Shown here piece by piece: positions 27,014 to 36,695 of a stretch of DNA of 64,000 bases. Source of the stretch: Bacteroidota bacterium (GTDB taxonomy: Bacteria > Bacteroidota > Bacteroidia > Chitinophagales > Chitinophagaceae). Under the pieces are notes generated by a model. It did not search any database and was not told where the DNA came from. It worked only from the letters and a program-made list of their open reading frames with translations. Numbering within the stretch: the first letter of the stretch is position 1; every line of letters begins with the position of its first letter. The position numbers were made by a program, and so were the translations under genes. The stretch spans positions 34,653 through 98,652 of the forward strand of contig JAEWKK010000008.1 of NCBI GenBank assembly GCA_023386045.1. The letters run 5' to 3'.

Positions 27014-27040
27014 AGCTCCCTGGAAAAGGAGCTTGTATTG
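27014..27040 (+). terminator. Weak intrinsic terminator
   Basis: AGCTCC (27014-27019) pairs with GGAGCT (27028-27033), followed by TGTATTG. The T-run is poor. Confidence 0.4.
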
Positions 27041-27080
27041 AGGACATGCACATGAGAAAAATTACATGTTGAATTGAAGT

Positions 27081-29549
27081 TTAATTACCTCCCGCTCTTT
27101 GTCTTTCTTCTTCTGAAGCCGTTGTTCTGCGACGAGCCTGTTGTACTTTGTTATTGCCAAAGCGGAAAGTGAAAGAAAGATTTACTGCACGTGTTTCCCT
27201 GTAAGCATGCCAGTTCTCCACGTAACGTCCTTCATAAGTAACTTTTGCTTTTGGAAGATTGGTCCAGAAGATATCTGTCACATTCATTCTAACAATACCC
27301 TTTCCCTTTAAGATGGTTTTTTGTGCGCCAACTGTGAGACCCCAGTTAGGATACATCACCATATATCCTCCTCTGGAACCTGTGTTCAGGTTAGCATTAA
27401 GTTCCGCTGACCAGCCTTTTGAAAAACTGAAATTGTTATTGGTCCTGATATTGGCTGCAGGCTTGCCATCATTCAATGAAACGTTTCCAAGATTTCCATT
27501 GAATTTGCTGTAAAAGAGATTGAAATTATTGATCATGTTCCACCATTTGTTGATCCTGATAGGAGTGGTGGCCGTTAGTCCAATATAATCAGAAGAAGAA
27601 AGATTTACTGGTATCTGTACGGTTATGTTTTCTGACTGACCTGGCTGGATCACGAAGTCGGGAAATATATCTTTTATTCTTGCCAAAACTGTGGATTGCA
27701 CATCTGTAGTATGACTGTAGCCCACTGTAAAATTCAGGTTCCTGACAGTATAACTCATTTCATAAGACCAGGTCATTTGTGGCTTGAGCAGGGGATTGCC
27801 ACTACCGTAAATAGTTGGATCTATCTGTGCCAGAAATGGATTCAGCTGGTTGTAAGATGGGCGGTCAATCCTGCGACTAACAGAAACTCCCAGGGTCTTG
27901 TCTTCTTCCAACTTATAATTGAAGAAGGCACTGGGGAATAAACGCAGGTAATCATTCTTGTTTCTTTTATCACCCTGCACCTGTCTTGTATCATTAAAGG
28001 TTTGTTCACCACGTAATCCCAACTGGAAATTGAATTTCTTATACTCCTTACTAAAGTTGACGTAAGCTGCATAGTTATATTCCTTGTAGAAGAAACGATT
28101 GGTTTTGCCACTGTCAACAACTACCTGGTTGGGCAGCACATTATAAAACCTGGCGTCGTTATCAGAATAAACATAACTTCCTTTCACCCCCGCTTCGAAC
28201 CTTGCGCCATTCTTAAGCGGTTGGATATAATCTGCTTTTGCTGTTTTGAGATAGAGATCACCACGCTGGTCTCCATCCAAAATTTCATCCGGTGATTTAG
28301 GAAGACCATTCATATCATAAAAGCTGCTGGAGGTTCTTGTAAGTGAAGTATTTTTAAAAATTCCATAGTCCAGGTCAGCATTGATCTCCCTGCCTGTACT
28401 GTCAAATTTGTGTTTGAAGTTGATATTGGCCACTACATTACTGAAATGATCATTGTTGGTGCCCACTGAAAAGAACTGGTAATCAGCCTGTCCATTTTCA
28501 TCTTTTACTAGTGTGGTCATGTCTGCCTTTCTCTGGAAATGATTAAAGCTTCCGTTTACAACAAATCCTACAATGGTTTTTTGAGAAGGAAAGAAGTCTG
28601 CACCTATCCTTGAAGTATGTGTGCCAAAAGGCATGATGGCATAGTTATCCTTATCATCTGAACCAATGAATACACCGTTGTCGTAAAAGTTACGGTTGAT
28701 GATCAGGTTATTCAACATCTTGCGGTAAGCATAATTGTAATTGCCAAACAGGTTCATTTTTTTATCGCGGTAATTAAAACTACCACCAGCATTTGCTTTT
28801 GGATAGATGCCCTGTCCATAGCCTGCATTGAGTGTTCCATTAGCTCCCATTCTCTGGTCTTTTTTCATGCGGATATCAATAATGCCGGCATTTCCTGCAG
28901 CATCATATTTTGCAGAAGGGTTGGTGATGATATCAATTCTTTCGATTGCGTTGCTGGGAAGACCTCGCAGATAGTTACCCAGGTCGGCACCGCTCATGGC
29001 TGTTGGCTTTCCATCGATCATGATGATAACACCGGCTCTTCCACGAAGACTGATGGCATCATTCTGATCTACGGTAACACCGGGGGATCTTTCAAGGATC
29101 TCCAGCGCCGAGCTTCCCGCACTTACAATGCTGTTCTCCACGTTCACTACAATACGATCGCTCAGTTTTTGGATGAATGGCTTTCTTGCCGTAACAGTAA
29201 TTGCCTGCAGCTGGTTGGCCTGTTTGACAGTCATACTTACCGGTGATTGATAAACTGGGGAGGATTCATTCAATTCAAAAGCAGGAATAAAGCTGGTAGC
29301 ATGCTCCAGGGCTGATACTCTCAACAGATAGTTTCCAAAAGAAACCTGGTCCAATTCAGCCTGCCCGTTTTTATCAGAGAGCGCGGTTTTAACCAGGCTG
29401 GAATCTTTTGTATTTAATAATTCAACTGTAGCATTTTCCACCACAGATTTTTGATCGTTTTGAATGGTAAGGATGATCCTGCCCTTTTGTTCCTGTGAAA
29501 AAGCTATGGTACTAAAAGAAAGCAGGCAAACCAGGAAGATATTTCTCAT
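27081..29549 (-). CDS. TonB-dependent-receptor-like outer membrane beta-barrel protein with a CarboxypepD_reg N-domain
   Basis: 822 aa with a signal peptide, a carboxypeptidase-regulatory-like N-domain, a plug region (ITVTARK...VVNVENSI...LERSPGV) and a beta-barrel with aromatic residues near the C-terminus. Confidence 0.85.
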   Translation of the reverse strand: MRNIFLVCLLSFSTIAFSQEQKGRIILTIQNDQKSVVENATVELLNTKDSSLVKTALSDKNGQAELDQVSFGNYLLRVSALEHATSFIPAFELNESSPVYQSPVSMTVKQANQLQAITVTARKPFIQKLSDRIVVNVENSIVSAGSSALEILERSPGVTVDQNDAISLRGRAGVIIMIDGKPTAMSGADLGNYLRGLPSNAIERIDIITNPSAKYDAAGNAGIIDIRMKKDQRMGANGTLNAGYGQGIYPKANAGGSFNYRDKKMNLFGNYNYAYRKMLNNLIINRNFYDNGVFIGSDDKDNYAIMPFGTHTSRIGADFFPSQKTIVGFVVNGSFNHFQRKADMTTLVKDENGQADYQFFSVGTNNDHFSNVVANINFKHKFDSTGREINADLDYGIFKNTSLTRTSSSFYDMNGLPKSPDEILDGDQRGDLYLKTAKADYIQPLKNGARFEAGVKGSYVYSDNDARFYNVLPNQVVVDSGKTNRFFYKEYNYAAYVNFSKEYKKFNFQLGLRGEQTFNDTRQVQGDKRNKNDYLRLFPSAFFNYKLEEDKTLGVSVSRRIDRPSYNQLNPFLAQIDPTIYGSGNPLLKPQMTWSYEMSYTVRNLNFTVGYSHTTDVQSTVLARIKDIFPDFVIQPGQSENITVQIPVNLSSSDYIGLTATTPIRINKWWNMINNFNLFYSKFNGNLGNVSLNDGKPAANIRTNNNFSFSKGWSAELNANLNTGSRGGYMVMYPNWGLTVGAQKTILKGKGIVRMNVTDIFWTNLPKAKVTYEGRYVENWHAYRETRAVNLSFTFRFGNNKVQQARRRTTASEEERQRAGGN

Positions 29550-29710
29550 TGCTTGAACATTTCTTCAAAAAACAGAAGAAAGCAAGAGCCAAAACAGCTA
29601 AAACTGTATTAAGGCTGGCAGACGCTTTTTAAAGGGAAGAATGGTATTATGTACGAAAACTATCGTGTCAGAAATTTACATGGTTTAAAGATAGTTTCCG
29701 GGATAAAGGA

Positions 29711-30319
29711 ATGAAAACGCAATTTTGCGGCATGCAATACAATGTAGCAGAGATCAATCATTTGATCAGGAACAGGCGATCGGTATTTCCCAAACAGTTT
29801 GTTGAAGGCAAGAAAGTCAGGGATGAGATCATTCATGAAGTGCTGGAAAATGCCACCTGGGCTCCCAGCCACGGGAATATCCAGCCCTGGAAATTTGTGG
29901 TATTTACAGGCGAAGGTTTGCAGAAGCTGGCTAAATTTCAAAGTGAATTATACAGGGAATCTGCAGGAGAAAAGTTCAAGGAATCAACTTTTGAAACCCT
30001 GAGTACCAACCCGCTTAAAGCATCACATGTGATAGCGATCTGTATGAAGAGGGATCAGAATAAAAAATTCCCGGAGATAGAAGAGATCTGCGCTACAGCT
30101 GCAGCGGTACAGAATATTTATCTCACCATTTCAGCTTATGATCTGGGTGGTTACTGGACTACAGGAGGTATTACCTATAATGAAAAGGCCAAACCTTTTT
30201 TTGGATTGGGTGAAGATGACAAACTCCTGGGCTTTTTTTATATAGGTGAAGTAGCAGTGCATTCGCCTTCGAAATCAAGAGCAAAGCTGGAAGACAAAAC
30301 AGAATGGGTTAAGCAATGA
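29711..30319 (+). CDS. Nitroreductase family protein
   Basis: IRNRRSVFPKQF and WAPSHGNIQPWKFVVF motifs. An alternative start is the Met 7 codons downstream. Confidence 0.9.
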   Translation: MKTQFCGMQYNVAEINHLIRNRRSVFPKQFVEGKKVRDEIIHEVLENATWAPSHGNIQPWKFVVFTGEGLQKLAKFQSELYRESAGEKFKESTFETLSTNPLKASHVIAICMKRDQNKKFPEIEEICATAAAVQNIYLTISAYDLGGYWTTGGITYNEKAKPFFGLGEDDKLLGFFYIGEVAVHSPSKSRAKLEDKTEWVKQ

Positions 30320-31666
30320 TCAGATTCTTCTGATATCCGCGCCCAGTTGCTGCAGTCTTGTATCTATATATTGATATCCCCGGTCTATCTGGTCGATATT
30401 CTGTATGATGCTGGTTCCTTCAGCGCTCAGTGCTGCAATCAGCAGTGCCACACCGGCGCGGATATCAGGAGAGCTCATTTTGATACCTCTCAGTTTTGAT
30501 TTTCTTTCAAGCCCGATCACAGCAGCACGGTGAGGATCACATAAAATGACCTGCGCACCCATTTCAATGAGCTTGTCAACAAAGAAAAGGCGGCTTTCAA
30601 ACATTTTCTGGTGAACCAGCAAAGAGCCTCTTGCCTGCGTAGCTACTACCAGGATAATACTCAAAAGATCGGGAGTAAAGCCAGGCCAGGGATGGTCATA
30701 AATAGTTACGACTCCTCCATCGAGATAAGACTGTATCTCGTAGACTTCCTGTGAGGGTATATGAATGTCGTCGCCAATGATATTGATCTCTATTCCAAGC
30801 TGACGAAATTTATCGGGGATGATGCCCAGGTATTCCACACTGGCGTTTTTGATAACCAGCTCACCCTGTGTCATGGCAGCCAGTCCAATGAAAGAGCCGA
30901 TCTCGATCATGTCGGGAAGGATGCGATGCGAAGTGCCGTGGAGTTTATCAACACCCTGGATCACGAGCTGGTTACTTCCGATGCCATCAATATCGGCACC
31001 CATGCGATTGAGCATCTTGCAGAGTTGCTGGATATAGGGCTCGCAGGCTGCATTATAAACTACCGTACAGCCTTTGGCCATTACTGCAGCCATGACAACG
31101 TTTGCCGTTCCGGTAACTGAAGGTTCGTCCAGCATCAGGTATTTTCCTTTCAGGCCATCAGTGGTGAAATGAAAAAATCCTTCTTCCTGGAAGTATTCAA
31201 AGCTGGCTCCCAGTTTTTCAAATCCTATTATGTGAGTATCCAGTCTTCTGCGGCCGATTTTATCACCACCGGGTTTGGGTATGTAAGCTTTTTTGAAGCG
31301 TCCCAGCATGGGCCCTGCCAACATCACGGAGCCTCTTAACATGCCGCTTTTGCTTTTGAATTCTTCGCTTCGTAAATAATCAAGGTTCACCTCATCAGCC
31401 TTGAATATGCAGGTATGGCGATCCACCCGGTTCACCTTTACATTCATAGCAGCCATAAGGTCAATCAGGTTGTTGACATCAAGAATATCAGGGATATTGC
31501 TGATAGTTACTTCTTCATCGGTAAGCAATATGGCGCTGATCACCTGCAATGCTTCGTTCTTGGCGCCCTGTGGAATGATCTCACCTTTTAGTTTCTTACC
31601 GCCTTTTACTTCGAACACCGAAGTTGGCAAGCTTGTATTGAATCTGTTTGAATTTGAATCCTGCAT
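30320..31666 (-). CDS. murA: UDP-N-acetylglucosamine 1-carboxyvinyltransferase
   Basis: EPSP-synthase-fold enolpyruvyl transferase with the KGEIIPQGAKNEALQVISA N-terminus and PGGDKIGRRRLDTH. Confidence 0.92.
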   Translation of the reverse strand: MQDSNSNRFNTSLPTSVFEVKGGKKLKGEIIPQGAKNEALQVISAILLTDEEVTISNIPDILDVNNLIDLMAAMNVKVNRVDRHTCIFKADEVNLDYLRSEEFKSKSGMLRGSVMLAGPMLGRFKKAYIPKPGGDKIGRRRLDTHIIGFEKLGASFEYFQEEGFFHFTTDGLKGKYLMLDEPSVTGTANVVMAAVMAKGCTVVYNAACEPYIQQLCKMLNRMGADIDGIGSNQLVIQGVDKLHGTSHRILPDMIEIGSFIGLAAMTQGELVIKNASVEYLGIIPDKFRQLGIEINIIGDDIHIPSQEVYEIQSYLDGGVVTIYDHPWPGFTPDLLSIILVVATQARGSLLVHQKMFESRLFFVDKLIEMGAQVILCDPHRAAVIGLERKSKLRGIKMSSPDIRAGVALLIAALSAEGTSIIQNIDQIDRGYQYIDTRLQQLGADIRRI

Positions 31667-31744
31667 ATGATAAAGCTGTGTTGCAAAAAAACAACTTATT
31701 TAATGGTTAGAGCAAGAAGGATGTCTGATGTCTAAAGGAAAACG

Positions 31745-31777
31745 TAAAAAGAAAAATCCTTCCTGATGGAAGGATTT
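31745..31777 (-). terminator. Intrinsic terminator after the DUF4290 gene
   Basis: AAATCCTTCC-tgat-GGAAGGATTT (31754-31777). On the minus strand it is followed by TTTTTCTTTTT. Confidence 0.8.
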
Positions 31778-31800
31778 TATAAGTTGAATTTTATTGTTGA

Positions 31801-32493
31801 TTAATATCTCTTCTTACCGAATTTGCCACCGCCGCCGCGCTTGTCATTTCGGTTCATGCCGCCCCCACTACCGCCACCGCGGTTCTGGAATTTTCCACCA
31901 CCTCGCTGGTTTCTGCCGTAACCGCCACGATCTCTTTCGCGTTCCTGCGAAGGACGGTAAGCCTTAACATAGGGCGTATTGGTGAACTCCAGTTGTCCCT
32001 GTGTGATATTATTTAATTCGCTTTGAATGGCATCATCATGCACCTGGTCTTTATGCCAGTTGTTATAAGCCAGCTTCATATAATAGGCAATGGCATTGGC
32101 AAAACCCTGGCGTTTTTCCGGGCTTTCTTCTTTCAATGCTTTATTGATCACCAGTTCAAGGTTCTTACCCAGGTGTGAATACCTTGGATGTCGCTTGGGA
32201 TAGGGAAGCGCTTTTGGCTTGGCCTTATAGGTCTCTTTTTCGGGGATTGGATAAGGGCTATCCACATCCAACTTGAAATCGCTGATATAAAAAAGGTGAT
32301 CCCACAGTTTATGTCTGAAGTCCTCCACGTTTTTTAAATGGGGGTTCAGGAAACCCATCAGTTCAATTACGATCTGTGCCTGTTGCTGACGATGCTCTTT
32401 GTCCTCGATCTTTTGCACATGTTCCACCATTTTCTGGATATGGCGGCCATACTCCTTCATGGTCAGGTGGTTCCTGGTAGTATTGTATTCCAT
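31801..32493 (-). CDS. DUF4290 domain protein with an Arg/Gly-rich (RGG) C-terminal tail
   Basis: The N-terminus MEYNTTRNHLTMKEYGRHIQKMVEH is typical of DUF4290, and the position upstream of murA is usual in Bacteroidota. The last approx 45 aa are RGG/KFG repeats. Confidence 0.75.
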   Translation of the reverse strand: MEYNTTRNHLTMKEYGRHIQKMVEHVQKIEDKEHRQQQAQIVIELMGFLNPHLKNVEDFRHKLWDHLFYISDFKLDVDSPYPIPEKETYKAKPKALPYPKRHPRYSHLGKNLELVINKALKEESPEKRQGFANAIAYYMKLAYNNWHKDQVHDDAIQSELNNITQGQLEFTNTPYVKAYRPSQERERDRGGYGRNQRGGGKFQNRGGGSGGGMNRNDKRGGGGKFGKKRY

Positions 32494-32672
32494 CACGACA
32501 AATGTAATTAAGGATTATCAGAGTTTTAAACCGGGATTGTAGAAAGATAACAGAATATAGGGATTTAGCGGGGAATCACAGATGGCACTGATTATTTATC
32601 TCAGAACAAAAAAGACAATTGGGTAAAGCCAGTATTTAATTGGGATTAATCCTTCAGAATCAAATAATCTGT

Positions 32673-32707
32673 GATAAAAGAAAGGGGCCCCGAACCAAGG
32701 CCCCTTT
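32673..32707 (-). terminator. Orphan strong intrinsic terminator (better T-run on the minus strand)
   Basis: AAAGGGGCC (32681-32689) pairs with GGCCCCTTT (32699-32707), a 9-bp stem. The minus-strand tail is TTTCTTTTAT. No CDS on either strand ends here. Confidence 0.7.
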
Positions 32708-33006
32708 TACAAGCCACCATCCTCTTCCACCTAAGAGGTCGTTTATAATAAGGTTTCGGGCAGGTTAAGGGTAAAGCCCGTAGGTCGAATTCTGTTTCTA
32801 AAACACAAACATGATACCAATTCTAAATAACCCCCCGATGTCTTATTTAACTGGAATAAATTGCTTTTTTCTGCCTTAATTTCCTGTATAAAACCCCAAA
32901 TAGTGGAAAAAATATCACATCCTTCCCCAAATAAAATTCCCCGAATCCTTATTCGGAATCTTTATTAACTCATACTGGATCATATCAATATACTTGTAAG
33001 ATTAAA

Positions 33007-33792
33007 ATGCCATACCAAAAAATGAAGGCTGGCTCCGGGTCTTTACCTTTGTTGGCTTACGTGATTGTAATTAAAAACATACTCAGGCAGGCGGCAGGTA
33101 TTCTGCCTTTTTCTTTCACAAAGAACCAGCGCTACGACCGGCTCACTAAAAAGATCATCCAATCTCATCTTCACCACAACAGTAACTGTATTGACGTGGG
33201 CTGCCACAAAGGAGAAATCTTTGACCTTTTTTTGAAATATGCACCTGGTGGACATCATTTTGGATTTGAACCGCTTCCTCATTTGTATAAAAAGCTGAAA
33301 GAAAAATATGCCGGTCACAACTGTACCATCTTACCCCTGGCCTTGTCTGATAAAAAAGGCCCCAGCAATTTTAATTATGTCATAAGCAACCCGGCTTACA
33401 GTGGTTTGCTGAAAAGAAAATATGACCGACCTGTTGAAAAAGATACCAGCATCAGGGTAGAAACCGACCTGCTCGACAATCTTATCCCGTCACATCTTCC
33501 TATTGATCTTATCAAAATTGATGTTGAAGGTGGAGAGTTTCAGGTATTGAAGGGTGCAACAAGGATCCTATCATCTTATCATCCCCTTATAATTTTTGAA
33601 TGTGGACTGGGTGGCAGTGATATTTATGGCACCACTCCTTCGGGGATTCATACATTTCTTTTGGATCATCATTACCAGGTTTCTTTGCTGGATGATTTTT
33701 TGAAGCGTAAGCCAGCGCTTGATCTCAGCGAATTTGCCAGGCAATTTGAAACCGGTGCCAATTACTATTTTATAGCACATGCAGAGGAATAG
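33007..33792 (+). CDS. FkbM family methyltransferase
   Basis: IDVGCHKGEI (SAM motif I) and IDLIKIDVEGGEFQVLKGA are FkbM hallmarks. Confidence 0.85.
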   Translation: MPYQKMKAGSGSLPLLAYVIVIKNILRQAAGILPFSFTKNQRYDRLTKKIIQSHLHHNSNCIDVGCHKGEIFDLFLKYAPGGHHFGFEPLPHLYKKLKEKYAGHNCTILPLALSDKKGPSNFNYVISNPAYSGLLKRKYDRPVEKDTSIRVETDLLDNLIPSHLPIDLIKIDVEGGEFQVLKGATRILSSYHPLIIFECGLGGSDIYGTTPSGIHTFLLDHHYQVSLLDDFLKRKPALDLSEFARQFETGANYYFIAHAEE

Positions 33793-33806
33793 TATTTTTG
33801 GCCTTC

Positions 33807-34934
33807 ATGATCATTGCGGTTAACACCAGGTTTTTACTGAAAGATAAACTCGAAGGATACGGCTATTTTACCAGGGAGGTTTTTCTGAGAATGGCGATCG
33901 ATCACCCGGAGCACCAGTTCGTATTTATTTTCGACAGGCCTTACCACCTGGATTATGTTTTTCCATCCAATGTGCAAACCCTTGTGGTTACTCCTCCTGC
34001 AAGGCATCCCATACTTTGGAAATATTGGTATGATATCAGGTTGCCGCAACTGTTAAAAAAAATCAGGGCTGATGTATTTGTTTCTCCCGATGGCTATTGT
34101 TCTTTATTGACAAAACTACCACAGTGCATGGTAGTTCATGACCTTGGGTTTTTACACTATCCGGCTGCTTATAAAAAATCACATTTGGTCTATTTGAAGC
34201 ATTATACGCCAAGGTTTATCAGGAAGTCTGTCAGAGTGGCCACTGTTTCCCAGTTCTCAAAAGACGATATCATCAAACAATATCACACCAATCCATCGAA
34301 GATAGATGTGGTGTATAGCGCCGTGAAAGAAAACTTTGGACCATTAAACCAGGAGGAGCAGGAAAAAACCAGGAATCAATACACAGATGGCAAAGCCTAT
34401 TTCATTTATGCAGGTGCCATTCAGCCCCGGAAAAATTTAATCAACCTGCTCAAAGCATTCTCCATTTTCAAGAAAAGGCAAAGGAGCAATATGAAGCTGG
34501 TGCTGGCAGGAAGAATGGCCTGGAAAAATGATGAATTCCTTCAATTGCTCTCAACCTATAAATACCGCGATGATGTTGTGCTCACAGGTTATATAGATGA
34601 AAAAGAACTGGCTGCATTGGTGGCTTCTGCTTATGCGTTGGTTTATCCTTCTTTTTTCGAAGGCTTTGGTGTGCCAGTGCTGGAAGCCATGACTTCGGGT
34701 GTTCCCGCTCTGACTTCTCAGAATAGTTCCATGCAGGAAATTGGTGGAGATGCTGGTTTGTATTTCGATCCTTCCAGTCACGAGGACATGGCTGAAAAAT
34801 TAATGCTGATCTATAAAGATGAACAGCTGCGAAATAATATGGTGGAAAAGGGATTGGGGATGGCTAAAAAATTTTCATGGAAGCATACTTCTGAATTGCT
34901 TTGGCAGTCTGTTTTAAAAACTGCAGGGAAATAG
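33807..34934 (+). CDS. Glycosyltransferase family 4 (GT-B, GT1 clan)
   Basis: EGFGVPVLEAMTSGVPALTS (E-x7-E region). The N-terminus MIIAVNTRFL is typical. ATG 33807 is preferred over TTG 33798 because 33793-33800 is a TATTTTTG -7 box. Confidence 0.88.
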   Translation: MIIAVNTRFLLKDKLEGYGYFTREVFLRMAIDHPEHQFVFIFDRPYHLDYVFPSNVQTLVVTPPARHPILWKYWYDIRLPQLLKKIRADVFVSPDGYCSLLTKLPQCMVVHDLGFLHYPAAYKKSHLVYLKHYTPRFIRKSVRVATVSQFSKDDIIKQYHTNPSKIDVVYSAVKENFGPLNQEEQEKTRNQYTDGKAYFIYAGAIQPRKNLINLLKAFSIFKKRQRSNMKLVLAGRMAWKNDEFLQLLSTYKYRDDVVLTGYIDEKELAALVASAYALVYPSFFEGFGVPVLEAMTSGVPALTSQNSSMQEIGGDAGLYFDPSSHEDMAEKLMLIYKDEQLRNNMVEKGLGMAKKFSWKHTSELLWQSVLKTAGK

Positions 34935-35042
34935 GAAGGAACTTCATGAATCTCCATAGGGTGAATCAACATCTTTGAGATGTAATTTGCTTTGTCAAGT
35001 TCAACATGCCGATTTCTTACCTTCGCCGCATAAAACTCAAAG

Positions 35043-35396
35043 ATGAAAAATTCAAGTATAGTGATTGATGTGGAGCTGGATGAAAACAGGATTCCCCAAA
35101 ATATCCAATGGAAGGCTTCTGAAAGTACCGCAGAAAATGCACAGAAGGCAAAGGCAGTCATGCTCTCTTTGTGGGATGGAGCAGAAAAGACGGCATTGCG
35201 CATTGACCTGTGGACACAACAAATGATGGTGGATGAAATGGCTGATTTTTATTACCAGACCTTCATGACCATGGCAGATACCTACCTGCGCGCCACCAGG
35301 CAAACAGAACTTGTGGAAGACATGAAAACCTTTGCCCGTGATTTTTATAAGAAATTCCAGGAGATCCAGGCTAAGGAAGGAAAACAATCACAGTAA
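35043..35396 (+). CDS. gldC: Gliding motility protein GldC
   Basis: 117 aa. IVIDVELDENRIPQNIQWKASES...MLSLWDGAEKTALRIDLWTQQMMVDEMADFYYQTF matches, from my recollection, the Flavobacterium johnsoniae GldC pattern. Confidence 0.8.
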   Translation: MKNSSIVIDVELDENRIPQNIQWKASESTAENAQKAKAVMLSLWDGAEKTALRIDLWTQQMMVDEMADFYYQTFMTMADTYLRATRQTELVEDMKTFARDFYKKFQEIQAKEGKQSQ

Positions 35397-35445
35397 GATG
35401 TCATTGGTCTATTCTTAATCATTCATCAACCTTCAATACAATTAT

Positions 35446-35898
35446 ATGAACCTCGAGCAAAAAATAATGGCGGAAATGAAGGATGCCATGAAATCAAAGG
35501 ATGAAGCCAATTTGCGTGGGCTTCGTGCTATAAAAGCGGAGATCATTAAAGCCAAAACAGAACCAGGTGCTGGCGGAGAAATTTCTGCCGACAAAGAGAT
35601 CAGCCTTTTGCAGAAGATGGCCAAGCAGCGCCGCGATTCTTTGGAGATCTACCAGCAGCAGAACAGGCCGGATCTGGCACAGAAGGAACAGGAAGAACTC
35701 ACCCTGATCGAAAGGTTTTTACCACAACAACTTTCTCCTGAAGATTTAAGAAAAGAAATTGAACAGGTCATCAGTGAAAGCGGTGCCAGTTCACCTGCCG
35801 ACATGGGAAAGGTAATGGGACTGGCTTCAAAAAAACTGGCTGGAAGAGCAGACGGTAAATCCATTGCTGCTACAGTAAAAGAATTGCTGTCGAAATAA
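35446..35898 (+). CDS. GatB/YqeY domain-containing protein
   Basis: MNLEQKIMAEMKDAMKSKDEANLRGLRAIKAEI is the typical YqeY N-terminus. 150 aa. Confidence 0.85.
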   Translation: MNLEQKIMAEMKDAMKSKDEANLRGLRAIKAEIIKAKTEPGAGGEISADKEISLLQKMAKQRRDSLEIYQQQNRPDLAQKEQEELTLIERFLPQQLSPEDLRKEIEQVISESGASSPADMGKVMGLASKKLAGRADGKSIAATVKELLSK

Positions 35899-35938
35899 TT
35901 TTGCCTTCATGCAAAGGAACCTTGATTAATCATCGCCA

Positions 35939-36475
35939 ATGATCATTGATGTAATTGTGTTGATTTTGCTTGCGCTGGCTATTTACAGGGGATTTACAAA
36001 AGGTTTGGTGGTTGCTCTTTTTTCCTTTCTGGCATTTATGATTGGATTGGCCGCCGCATTAAAACTGTCGGCATTAGTGGCAGGATATCTATCCGAATCA
36101 ACCAATATCTCTCAAAGATGGCTTCCGGTACTAGCCTTTATCATTGTATTTTTTGTAGTGGTATTGCTGGTAAGACTGGGTGCAAAAGCCATTGAAGGTA
36201 TTTTACGGATTGCCATGCTTGGATGGATGAACCGGCTGGGAGGGATCCTTTTTTTTGTACTGCTCTATTTAATGGTCTTTAGTGTGATTCTTTTCTATGG
36301 TAGAGAGATAAATCTCATCAAGCCTGAAACTGTAAGCGCCTCTGTAAGTTATGCTTATATCCAGCCCCTGGGTCCTGCCATGGTGGAAGGCCTTGGAGTG
36401 GTCCTGCCATTTTTTAAAAACATGTTTACAGAGCTGGAAGGTTTTTTCTCAGATCTTTCTCAAAAGGCAGCATAA
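35939..36475 (+). CDS. cvpA: CvpA family membrane protein
   Basis: MIIDVIVLILLALAIYRGFTKGLV start, 4 TM helices and 178 aa. Confidence 0.8.
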   Translation: MIIDVIVLILLALAIYRGFTKGLVVALFSFLAFMIGLAAALKLSALVAGYLSESTNISQRWLPVLAFIIVFFVVVLLVRLGAKAIEGILRIAMLGWMNRLGGILFFVLLYLMVFSVILFYGREINLIKPETVSASVSYAYIQPLGPAMVEGLGVVLPFFKNMFTELEGFFSDLSQKAA

Positions 36476-36695
36476 GAATTTTCCATTAAAAATCACCTGG
36501 GCATGTTCCAGTTTCGAGACATGATATCAATTCATTATTTTGGTAAGCTTATTGGTTTATAAGATGTTCCCGAAGCGGTTTTTGTTTAAGTCAGCTGCCT
36601 CTGTATGAGGATAAAGCTGAATGGATTAAGAGACTGGTTCGGGTGGCTTTTGCAGCAAAACGATTATTTTAGCAAAAATTAATCATAGCCTACTG

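Noticed and set aside
32708-32815. SRP (4.5S) or 6S RNA identity for the candidate sRNA
   Set aside because: It has no GGAA-tetraloop or AGCAGC domain IV motif. It also lacks the long rod-like 5'/3' pairing expected of 6S RNA.
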